This document shows, piece after piece, positions 39,401 to 50,634 of a stretch of 64,000 nt of DNA. The notes beneath the pieces are model-generated. The model had not been told where the DNA came from. It saw only the letters and a list, made by a program, of their open reading frames with translations, and did no database searches. The stretch spans positions 124,001 to 188,000 of the forward strand of contig NW_026250406.1 in assembly GCF_024521635.1 (NCBI RefSeq), in the 5' to 3' direction. Numbering within the stretch: the first letter of the stretch is position 1; each line of letters opens with the position of its first letter. The translations under genes were made by a program, and so were the position numbers. This stretch comes from Tricharina praecox. Its lineage: Eukaryota.

Positions 39401-42054
39401 ATGGAGGATATGATGGACATGGGGGATTTCTCTGTGTCTGATCACGAAGATGTCACTCCCACTACATCTAATCTCGAAGAAGATGTCGCTCCCACTGCAT
39501 CTATACTCGAAGAAGATGTCACTCCCACCACATCTAATCTCGAAGATTTCGCTCCCGCCACATCTGATCACGAAGATGTCGCCCCCACCGCTGAGTTCGG
39601 CAATAATGTGCTGGGAAATACCACTGCAATGGAGGTGGACACACCCGTCACTGGTTCATGTATGCCTTTCGCTACCCTTAATTCTTATTTATCCGCAAGA
39701 ACTGACTGATATCACTAGCCATCAACCAAGCTAATCCGGAGACGCTTGCGGATGACAACCACGGCCCAAATAAACCTCGACCGTGCACCCAGTAAGTTCA
39801 CCAACCACTTCTCTATAAGACACCAATCTAATCCCTACAACAGATGTCAAACCCACAAGAAATATTGCGATAGACAGATTCCTTGTGGGTCTTGCATCGC
39901 GAAAAAGACGCCACACCGTTGTGAGAGGGCTCCGACGACGTCGACTCGTGTACCGCAGGTAAAAGCAAATCGAGGTATCAAGCACAAGGCCAGTGCGGTA
40001 CCCCTCGCAGGAAACCCCCACAAGCTCTTGAAGAAAGACAATACCGATATCAGCAAGGATGTTCCGAAACCGGCTACAAAACCGCCCGGATTGCGTCTAC
40101 CAGACATCTGGTGCGAAGTATGTTATTCCAGACTCAATAGTTGCTCTACTTTTCCTAACTTATACCTCTAGACGCGCCAAGAGCTTTGTGAAGGGCTTCC
40201 TTACTACCGAGCTTACCAGAGCGGTGCATACGGCCATGATGGCGTGGTCCATGGGTACCTTCTGGATGGCTGTCCGTCCGAGCGGGAGTTCATGAGCGGC
40301 AAGGTGGTCATGTCGCACTGCGGAGGAAAATCAGAGGACGCCGGAAATGGGATGCGAAAGCTGCGACAGAACCAAACCGTGGACGACATCAGGGTCAAAT
40401 CTCTTCTGACAAACATGCAGAACCAGATCCCTCTCGTCTTGTTGATTGGTAAGTAACTATATCTATACTACTTTGCGTCATTGATTGCTGACTCGTACGG
40501 ACAGGGAACCAGTGCGGAGCCAGCCCGAGCCAGCTCCATCACCGCTATGCGGTGATGGACTGGTTCAAAATAACCCACGCCTGGGAGGAGCAGTGCACTC
40601 TCAGCAAGTTCACGAGGTGGAGGTTCCGCTTCGAGAAACTTGATTTCTCGACCGATGGCTGGTGGGCCACGGAGGTCTCGGAGATCGATCGAGAGGCCCA
40701 GGTCAAGGGGGCGGTCTGCCTTGTCTGTAAACAAGAGTCCCCACAAGTCTATGCACAAGGGTGGATGTGCATGAATTCCCTATGTCCACTGTGGTGGAAG
40801 GCAAGTACCAGTCTCCTAAAGACTCGTTTCGTTACTAATATCTGGCAGATGGATGGTGTGAGTCCTCCACCAGTCAATCTAGTCTATGACTATGATTTCC
40901 TCAATGCCCGGACCCCTTGGGATGAAGGGTCCGAGGTTCCTCCTTCACCCCTCAAGCCTGTCATGGACGTGGACGACGACGGGGCTTTGGCGCTTGATGA
41001 CGTCTCTCGTAAGTGCTGGAAGGGCCTTTGCTGTACGAAATGCGGCCGTCTGAGCTGCAGGGAGTTCTGGGACTGCTGGAAATGTGCGAACTGCGGCGAC
41101 CGGGTCTACCCGCAGCGGAGACCCATCTTCACACCGACACAACTCGCGGACCCCCACCGCGTCATCTACACCGGCCCCGCCGTTCCACAGAACAGCGCTG
41201 GAGACGGTATCGCATATTCCCGTGTGGTGAAGGAAGGCTTCACCATCATGCAGTACGAGCTCCCGGGTTGCGGGACCGTTACTCACATGCTTGCCAATAA
41301 GGCAACGAACGGGAGATTTCAGGACGCGGACTGGCTGCTGTCCGAGTACCAGCAAGCGAACCTCCCTTTCCGTAGGTACACCATGCAGACTGTGTCCGGG
41401 TTGACGAGGACTGCCCATTTCACGTACAACGTCGGCGCCCAGTACAACTACGTGGCGAACCAACCGACCGTCACTTTCGAGGAGGCCCACCCCGTTGTAC
41501 GGAGAGCTCGCGAACTCCTCACTCTGAGGGTTCAGATGCTCTACCCTGATGTGGAGTTTAACGAGGTTCTCAATGTGGGGTACATTGAGAACCAGAAGAT
41601 GAACTTTCATCAGGACGGTGAGAAGGGCCTCGGGCCGACAGTCGCATCCATTTCGCTAGGGTGTCCGGCCATCATGGAGTTTCGCATCAAGGCGAAAAAC
41701 TCGAAGCGAGGGCGGAGGGAGCATAGGTCTCCCAGCGAAAAGGAAGACGACGACGAAGCTGTGGCCAAGGCCGCTGAAGAGAGGTGCGAAAAGAAGCGGG
41801 CGCGCCTGTCTTTGAAACTCAATCACGGAGACATCGTGATCATGCACGGCGCGAGGATACAGACCATATGGGAGCACGCGGCCATTCCTACCGGGCGTTT
41901 CAGGATTGCGGCCACCGCGAGATACATTTCGGAGGAGAATTCTAAGAAGCCGCGCCCCAAGCCAACCATTAAGGCTGAACCTTCCGCGTCCGAAGAGGAC
42001 CTCGACATGTCGTTGATCCCCGAGATTGGCACGACCACCGATGCCTCCGATTGA
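39401..42054 (+). CDS. Zn2Cys6 + SRA-like + Cys-cluster + AlkB-type 2OG-Fe(II) dioxygenase (introns 39660-39718, 39792-39843, 40118-40171, 40449-40504, probable GC-AG 40801-40848)
   Basis: Splicing gives one continuous frame. CTQCQTHKKYCDRQIPCGSCIAKKTPHRC = CX2CX6CX5CX2CX8C. The AlkB-type set is N-x-x-Y...HQD...SISLG...HGD...EH...RIAATAR. The SRA-like call for the middle segment (RQELCE..YQSG..SHCGG..RYAVMDWFKI..RFRFEKL) is by recollection of the family and is less certain. Confidence 0.88.
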
Positions 42055-42206
42055 GCATCACGAAACTTTCGGTTTTCTATTTTTTTCCGAGTCGACATGA
42101 TACGCACAGTTCGCTCATTCTGAGTCAGAACTTTACTTGATTCGATGACTATTCTTTCTACTACTATTTACTTTTACTTGGGGATTACAACGGAGTTCGG
42201 GGATAC

Positions 42207-42330
42207 GGGATTGGCTTGCTTTTTACTGGTTTGCGAGGGATGCGGGATTGGCGTTGCTTGATCTTATTGATTTGAGATGGATGCGGGATTGGCTTGCTTG
42301 CTTCTTACTGATTTGAGAGCGATGCGGGAA
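42207..42330. repeat. About 39-bp tandem repeat x3 in the 3' UTR of the AlkB-family gene
   Basis: Unit roughly CGGGATTGGCTTGCTT...TTACTGATTTGAGA..GATG. Confidence 0.8.
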
Positions 42331-43359
42331 TAATTTGCTTTGACGATTTGCATTTTGCCTTATTTTTTTCTTCTTCTACGATTTGCTTCTGCTTTTACGA
42401 GAACAACGAGGGGGAAAAGGGGGATTGTTAGAGATGATCATGATGAGATGTTTTTTCTTTCTTTTACTACCTGGACACGACGATAGCAGGTTCGGGTTCA
42501 GGTTCATGAGCAGCTGGATGAAAAATGGGGAAGCGATGACGAACGAGATGATTGAATGAACGAAATGATTGACTGCAATACGATGCGAATGATACAGCCG
42601 TTTCGTCGTGACTCGTGGATATGCACATGGCTCTTCCACCGTCGGCGGTGCCCATCAACCAGTGCGATAGATTTCTAGCCAGCAGAGAACAGGCTGGAGG
42701 ATCACTTCATTCCACCGACACCACACTAACTCATATATCTAGTTGACCAAGCCCACAGCAAGTCAAGACACACCAGACGGAGACCGACGAGCCCAAACAT
42801 CATATACCGGTAGTATTTCCGACACGACGGAGCGCACACCGTCTAGCCATCGTCCATCGTCCATCGCCCATCTTCCACCGTTCACCGCCCACCGTCCATA
42901 TTCCACCGTCCACCTTCCACCGTCCATCTTCCATCGTCCACCGTCCACCTTCCATCGTCCATATTCAACGCCTTCTACGGGGTGCGGCGTACGAGGTGTC
43001 GTGGGATTAACCATCTACCAGTACATACATATGTACGGGTCCTCGCCCAAGGAAGAAGGAAGGGAGGAGGGGGCCGTCAGTCTTCCGCCAGTCTCGACTC
43101 TCGAGCGGGAGTACCTATACCTATACGACGAAGCTGGGAAGACATTTAAAGCCCTTCTGAGACGGAGGCATGTACATACGCCGAGAACCGCCGGAGGATC
43201 ACTTTATGCCATCGGCACCTTGCTAATCTATAGGCATTTGTAGTAGACAGAGCCCACAGCAGGCAAAGACATCGGACGAAGAACGAGACGGAGACCGAGA
43301 TCGACAAGCCTAGGCACCATATACGGTGGTACTTCCGACAAGACGTAGCACACCCGTTT

Positions 43360-43616
43360 ATCGTCGAAGACCAGATATCGTCGAGGGCATGACATTTGCA
43401 ATAAGCCAGGGTATCGCCAAGGACTGGATATCTTCGGGCACCGCATATCGTCGGGGACGGGATATCGTCGAGAACCACTGTGATATAAGTCGAGGACCGC
43501 ATATCGTCGAGGACCGGATATCGTCGAGAACCACTGTTATATAAGTCGAGAACCGCATATCATCGAGGACTGGATATCATCGAGGATCACTTTGAGAGAG
43601 AGTCGAGGACCAATAT
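43360..43616. repeat. (ATATCGTCGAGGACC..)n roughly 17-bp repeat with a higher-order duplication of about 57 bp
   Basis: GTCGAG(G/A)ACC core recurs many times. Confidence 0.85.
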
Positions 43617-43617
43617 G

Positions 43618-43966
43618 AGAGAGAGAGAACATCTATTTATTTCGCATGCAGCCTGTCTAAACTATGGCGAACCAACGCACTCCTTTTCCTGCCCGCCCTG
43701 GCCAGTCGAGGTGAAAGCCTCAGTACCGACCAGTTCGATGCGGCACCCCGAGTCGAGGACCAATATGAATGGGTGAGTCGAGGACCAATAGTTATGAGCG
43801 AGTGGTGAGTGGTAGTCGAGTGATAACCCGTGAGCGAGTGATATGTATGAGATCCTACTGCTCACTGCTCAATGCCCCTAGTAAGCAGGAAAGGAGTGTG
43901 ACGGTTCGCCATAACTACATAGTCTAGATAGGCTGTATCCGAAATAAACTGAAGATCTCTCTCTCT
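43618..43966. repeat. Long imperfect inverted repeat (arms 43618-43692 and 43885-43966), MITE-like or hairpin
   Basis: Left TATGGCGAACCAACGCACTCCTTTTCCTGC pairs with right GCAGGAAAGGAGTGTGACGGTTCGCCATA; pairing extends out to (GA)n/(TC)n ends. Confidence 0.8.
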
Positions 43967-44360
43967 GCTCAATGCTCAATGCTCAATGCTCACTGCTCAA
44001 TGCTCACTGCTCAATGCTCACTGCTCACTGCTCAATGCTCACTGCTCACTGCTCAATGCTCACTGCTCACTGCTCAATGCTCACTGCTCACTGCTCACTG
44101 CTCACTGCTCACTGCTCACTGCTCACTGCTCACTGCTCAATGCTCACTGCTCACTGCTCAATGCTCACTGCTCACTGCTCAATGCTCACTGCTCAATGCT
44201 CAATGCTCAATGCTCACTGCTCAATGCTCACTGCTCACTGCTCACTGCTCAATGCTCACTGCTCAATGCTCACTGCTCAATGCTCACTGCTCAATGCTCA
44301 CTGCTCACTGCTCACTGCTCACTGCTCACTGCTCACTGCTCAATGCTCACTGCTCAATGC
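43966..44360. repeat. Heptamer satellite TGCTCA(A/C), about 56 units
   Basis: Uninterrupted array of two unit variants. Confidence 0.97.
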
Positions 44361-45023
44361 CTAATACTTCGTTCTCAGTGCCCACTACCCACTGCTCACG
44401 GCTGCCGTGACCGTACTCTACGGTATCCAAGTTTCAAATATTGGGTCCTATGTAACTACCATACCTAGTACAGTAGGTCTGAGTTTTGAGTCCGAAGTTT
44501 CGAGCAGCAAGACCGGTGCATGCTCGGTACATAGCGATAATAGTGATATGTCCATGGAGGCCACCGATGTCCCTCAGCATGTCCCTTATCATGTCCCCTA
44601 GCATGGCAACGATAAACTCCATACTCATCCCAACCCCGCCGGATTCGTGTTTGCAGTGTTTGCAGTGTTTCCACTGTTCATGTTTACACTGTCATTTCAC
44701 CCTCACACACATCACTTCCCACTCCTTCAAAGATAAGTACGCGGCCTTGATCACATCTCATGCATTCATTCCCCACTACTTTTCCCCCCTCCCCTCTTCA
44801 CCCCCTCCACCCTTCACTCCACACCATTACCGCTCGTAGGCACCGTACGTACAAAGTAATAGAGCCCCATCAAATACGCCGAACCAATGCGCCCAGAAAA
44901 TCCCCATAAAGTCAAAGAAAATCAAGGAAAAGGAATCAAAGAAAAGACACCCTATACACACCCCACCACCACACAAAAAGAAAATATTGCCAGGAGAAAG
45001 CACCATGAAACACGAACGAAGAA

Positions 45024-47780
45024 CTACTCTTCATCGGGCCTAGTATCGCCGTACTTCCACATTCCCAAGTGCGCCTCCATAGCCTGATGCATAGCCGCAT
45101 CAAGGTCCGCAATGACGTCCGCGTACGCGTTACGGATGCCAGGCAGCATCTTCGCGGGGACGTAAGCGAGGCCCGCGGCGACCAAGTCGCGGTTGATGCT
45201 CGCGCCGGAGGTCGCGGCTTCGGGCTCGAAGAGGGTGACCATGAGGGAGCCGTCCGACTTGACGTGGTCGACGTTGGCGACGAGCTGGCGGTTGCCAGTG
45301 AGGCTGACCACCATGTCGTAAGCGTCTTCGGCGTACATGCTATCGGAGGGGAACTGGAGGAACGACCAGGTTGCGTCGGCGGCCTGGGGCTTGAGACGGT
45401 CTGCCGAGAACTGGGGCGCGAGGGGACGCATGCGCGTCCATGAAATCTTCTCAGAGTTGCCGAAGTCGACGTAGAGGACCTCGGCTTCCTTTGCGGTACG
45501 GTCGACGTGGCGAATTCTGGCGCGGTAGAAAGTGTCGTCCTCGGTGAACTTGGCGGCAACGAGCTGGCCGACCTTGGGGGGTCCCTCGATCGGCTTGTTG
45601 TTGGCAGGCTGGAGATGGAACTTGCGGAAAGACTGCATCAGCTCCTCGAGGGCGGAGGTGCCGGCGCCAACAAGCTGAAGCTTCAGATTGCCGAGGGTGT
45701 CCGAGTGAGAAACGACGACATCGCGGTAGTCCTTCTTCCGCTCGACGGTTTCTTGCTTGGTGACGTAGCTCGTGGTGTCCTCTTGCTCGGCAGCCTCCTT
45801 CTCAGGACTCCAGTCGTGCCACATTCCCTTGTGTGCAGTCTTCGCCCGGGTCTCGGCCGCAAACAGTTCGTTGGCGTGTCCGGTCTTCTCGGCAGAATAG
45901 GCGTGGACACTGGCCAGTCCCTCCTCGACGAGGCCTCTGGCAACGTTCTCGCGGTTGACGTACATGGTACCGATGAAACCACCGACACGATCGATGTCCT
46001 CAACATCGATTTCGACATCGCGCTGCATGCACTTCTTGGAGACGTACTCTAGTGCTTCCGGGCCGAAGGGCTCCGACTGCTCGTTGGGGTTCCTTGCGGT
46101 TCTCGGGCATCGGATACCGCTCAGGATGAATGTGAGACGCGCATTCTCCTTGGGGATGATGACCTTGAATCTGGAACCAGATGCGACAAAGTCGACGATA
46201 GCGGGGACCCTCTTCTGGCGCTGGAGGAAAGAAAGATAACTCTTGGCCTTCTGTAGAGTCTCAGAAGCCTCGACCATCTTAGCCGACGCAGGTGCCTTCG
46301 AGGCGTACATTCCCTTCGACTCCTTCCTGGCAGCCTCCTCAGCAGCGGCAAGACTGTCCCAGATAGGAGACCGATCAGTGTCGTCCTTTCGGTGGCGAAC
46401 AACGGAAGCATATCCGTTCTCAACCATGAGAAGAGCGATGTTCTTGTCGGCCAGAGTGACAGTAGCCATTTCTCTCTCCTCGTAGCCCTCCTGTGCTGCC
46501 CGCTTTCCGTCGATGCTGACGCGTACGTGCTTGCCGATGAGCTTCTTTCGCAGGAACTCCTTAGCATCCGCCTGGAAGGGCGATTGCGCCGGGTCCGACG
46601 GCTTGGGCTGTCTGATGCTGGAGAGGTTGAGCTTCCGCTCCGCGCCGGCCTTGTTTCTCACAAAGATGGTATCCGCACTAAGGATACGCGAGACCACAGC
46701 ATCAAATTCGCTACCAGACTCCTTCTTCTTCGGTACGTGCGCCTTGAAGACTCGAAGCTGGTTGTCTCTTGCGTGCTTCTCGGCATCTCTGAGTCTGGCC
46801 ATTGCAGCTCCGAGGAAGCCGCTGTGGTAGTCCACACATCTGGCGTAACCCTGGGCAAGGAGGAGTTCGGCAATGTTTCCGGCAGGATGCACAATCGAAC
46901 CGACGAGCTGGCCTTGAGGGCTGACCCCGAGAAGGTCGACGTGGATAGTACGCTGAAGAAGACGGGCCTCGACGAAGTCCTTTGCCTCGTCACCGTACTC
47001 TTCACCGGGGGTGACCATCTGGTTCGCGTCCATTCGGGTAGAGAGAGGTGCACGAACACCAGCGAGGAGAAGAACAAGCTGCTGGTGAAGCTTGGGGGAG
47101 ATGATCATGCGAACCGCGAACCTGTCGGCGGAGATGACACGCTCAATGATGGCTGTGACAACAAGCAAAAAATATCAGCCTCCATCTCACGACATAGTGA
47201 TCAAACACAAACTCACCAGCAATCTGCTTCCCCTTATGCTCCTCGAGGAAATCATGCGGGCTAGCAGGCAGATCATATCTCGCATCGATATGATTATCGC
47301 CGCTCAAGTTCCACACGCCCTTTCCCGCGCTCCTCGCCTGGTCCTCGTAGATGCGGAGCTTATCGACCAGCACGTTGTCCTCGATCCTCTGCGTGTCGTC
47401 ACGGAGCTTGACCTGGCCCTCGGAGACGAGAACTTCCAGGAGCGAACGGCCGTCGGCAAGATTGACGATTCCCAAGTCGCGGTTGGTGTTGGGAACATTC
47501 TGCGTGATGACGAACTGCACTTCCTTGTCCACGACGAGCTTGCGCAGGTAGTCGCGGGATTGGAATGCATGGGGCTATATACACCGAGACGTCAGCAAGC
47601 AAGCCCGGCCTAAATAGATGCTCAAGCTCAGGTGGATGTGCGTACCTCGTCACCCTCGCGGCGGAGGCGCGGGGCGGAAACGTAGGCGAGTGTCAGGATC
47701 TTCTCGGCGTTGGATTTGCTCGACTTGAGGATCAAGGTGTCGCCGCTGGTGACAGCTTTCACTTTTGCGAGAAGAGCCAT
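45024..47780 (-). CDS. SND1: Tudor staphylococcal nuclease (introns 47645-47575, 47216-47153)
   Basis: Repeated SNase domains (VKAVTSGDTL, VISADRF, ILSADTI, VASGSRF) and a Tudor domain (AAKFTEDDTFYRARI...VLYVDFGNSE). Confidence 0.96.
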
Positions 47781-48858
47781 GATTGAGAGTGATGTGCCGG
47801 CGGATAGTGTGTGGTGCGGTAGAGTTGACGGGGTGGTTGAGCAAGCAAGCTGTGGCGTTGCGGGGTGCTGGAGAGAGAGTAGCTTGTTAGCAACCGAGAG
47901 AGAAAGAGACAGAGACCACGAGTGTATAACCACAGGAGCGCAGTGACGGAGGGGATGGAAGCAGCAGTACTATATACCTCTAACAACGTGTATAGGTGGT
48001 TTCGACGGGGTGTGTGTAGATGAAGTTCTTTGCAATTGAGTTGCGGGAAAGAAGAGAAGTGCGGAGAGCGGGAGCGAAAGATGAGGTTTAAGATGGAGGT
48101 TGTGGTATAGGTGTCGGGTTTGACGTGAACGAGCAGGGTTCCTGCATTGTGAGACAACAAAAAAAGTTCCCACCAATTATTTTACGCGTACACTTGACAG
48201 ACGCCCAATCGGAGCATGGAAATCGCGACGAGCCCAGTACCGTATGTGGAGACCCTCGACTGCCCAACGATCTGGACAACGAACGATTTCCCCTGGATCA
48301 TCGTATCCTTGGGACGAGAAGTGGCCACAAGTAGAAAGTCATCGTACGGTCACACGTAACTAAGGTGGAATAAAGGGGTGGTGGCGAAGTGACTTTGCCA
48401 CGGGTCATTCTGGCGCCACATAGGTACATATAGGATCTATCCGCAGCAGCTCATGCCTGCCAAGCGAGGGACTCAGATGCGGAGTTTGATAGCCAGTCCT
48501 ATATAACTACGGAATGAAGGGGTTCGTCTGGAATCTGGATACTTATACCAACGCTGTTCGAAAGCTGGCCAATTCGGCGTCTCGGCCAGCGTAGAATGGC
48601 TTGGTTCCGGACCAGTTTGGGGCCAGCTATCTCAAAAGCCGTACATAAACCGTCAAGTCCGGTGAGTCGGTGGGGCTTTTACGTAGGTACTTCACAGTTT
48701 CCGAGGCAGACGATTGGCAACGATCCCGAAGATGACAATCAAGTAGGAAACGCCTTGGGGGCAACAATTTTTGTCTTCATTATCAGCCACATCTCGGCGA
48801 ACTACACATCTTGAGAATAAATCATCCAACACGAGCAATCGACCGACAGTCCAGCAAC

Positions 48859-49816
48859 TTAGTTGTTGGTGATTCCGATGACACCTAAGGTCACATATCA
48901 GCCCTGTTCCCGCACCGTGGAACGGAAGAAACAGATATCACTTACCGCAAGCGGGGCGGAGACCAGCGTTTCCGGTGGTGACGGACAGCTCGTGTCCTCC
49001 CTTGCCGAGGTCATCAGTGCCGGCGTGGACAACGACAGTCCTCTGCAGCCTCACAGTCAGCCATGCATCCACATCAGCCTTTCTCACCGACAGTACTCAC
49101 TCCCAAGACGCTCTGGGGGCCAATCAGCTTGATGAGGTGGTCCTCGATGCGGCCCTTGGCAACACCGTCGGCGTCGGTCTTGATGTTACCCAAGTCACCC
49201 ACGTGGCGGTTGTCGTCGGTGGGAGCACCGTGGGTCTTTCCGAAGGGGTTGAAGTGGGGACCGGCGGAGGTGCAGCCGTTGGTGTTGTCACCGAACTCGT
49301 GGATGTGCATGCCACGCTCGGCGTTGGCATCGACGTGCTTGATCTCGTACTCGATGATGGTGGGGGCGTTCTCGTTCTCCTGCGAGAACTTGACGGTGCC
49401 GGAGACACCGGAGTCACCGCGGACGACAGCAACTATGGGCGCATCGAGGTCAGTTGCGTTCTTGCGCAGCAAACGACACGCGGGGGGAAGAGAGGCGAGG
49501 AGACAGCCGAGGAGAGGTGTGAGTGCCAGCAAGGTGTCTGTTGACTGCAGGAAGGTGCTGGACCCGTGCATAGATGAACATCCGCAAGCCAACCAGTGGC
49601 AACTATAAAGACCCTGGCGTCCTCTATTCTCGCCCACACCTTTGCCCCCTCCTGCTATCTCGTTGTACCTCCTCCTCACCCTCCTCTTCCTTCTCTTCCT
49701 CCTCCGTTCTCCCAATCGCCAGCCGACATCCGGATTCAAGCGCCCAATCCGACAGAACGGGAAGCGACAGACAGGACAGAAAAAAGGAAACGAATTGACT
49801 TACCAGCCTTGGCCAT
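48859..49816 (-). CDS. SOD1: Cu/Zn superoxide dismutase (exons 49816-49804, 49432-49101, 49042-48946, 48884-48859)
   Basis: [56 protein letters not shown]. Confidence 0.98.
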
Positions 49817-50562
49817 TTCGAAGTAGTTTATTGGTAGTGGTGGTGGTAGTAGTGGGAGGTGATGGACAGGTTCGTGAAAGAAGCGGTTGTTCGAGAGAAT
49901 TTACGAGTGCGGAGTCGGTGGAGAAGGTGGGAAGAGAGGGGATATGATGTAGTATGGTGGGGTGGAGCGGAGCGGGGGACGGAAATACTACTACGTACCA
50001 GGTATAACTTACAGCCGGCGCGCCCCACCAAAAAGCACAGAACCGCTTCGAGAGAGCATCACATACCCTGGGCGGCGAAATGGAAGCTCGAGGAACTCGG
50101 ATCGCGCCAGCTCTTGCATTTGTGATCCTACTCTCCCTGCGAGCTGAACAACTCGTGCGCGGTTGCTTACTCGCATCCGGCGGTCTAGAGCTTGCTGCCC
50201 TCGGAGTTTGGGTGCTGCCGACGATCGTGGTGGGTTGGGATGTCGCGGGATGGCGGGGTTGCACAGTGGAAGCACGAAGAGTCTGACTCTCCCCCCGGTC
50301 CAGTACTCTGCAGGAGTCCACCCGTACACCATAATTGCTAGCATCTTTGTCGTCAACGGTGATTCTCTTTACCAAATTTATGAGTTGTCCGTACCCAGTG
50401 GATTAAAAGCTTACATACTCCCTCTCGCGCGTTCTCGATAACGTGGAGTGCTAGTTTCGGTCTTCCCGCACCCTCCACCGACGTAGAGTAGAGCCCACGA
50501 GGCAAAAACGATCGTCACCAACATCAAAGGAAGATTCTTCGATGCTGGGAAGACACGGACTG

Positions 50563-50634
50563 TGACCCCGACGTGATTTGAACACGCAGCCTTCAGGTCT
50601 GGAATCTGACGCGCTACCGTTGCGCCACGGAGTC
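50563..50634 (-). tRNA. tRNA-Trp(CCA), intronless
   Basis: GACTCCG-TG-GCGCAACGGTAGCGC-G-TCAGA-TTCCAGA-CCTGA-AGGCT-GCGTGTTCAAATCACGT-CGGGGTC-A folds as a cloverleaf with A and B boxes. Confidence 0.95.

Noticed and set aside
43360..43800. CRISPR-like repeat/spacer appearance
   Set aside because: Repeats are degenerate, spacers are short and themselves repetitive, the context is eukaryotic and there are no cas genes.
29600..44400. Whole region as one transposon or Starship-type insertion
   Set aside because: No transposase or recombinase and no terminal repeats seen; core gene PET191 lies in the middle.
43972..44468. Cys/His-rich ORFs in three frames
   Set aside because: Artefact of a stop-free 7-bp satellite.
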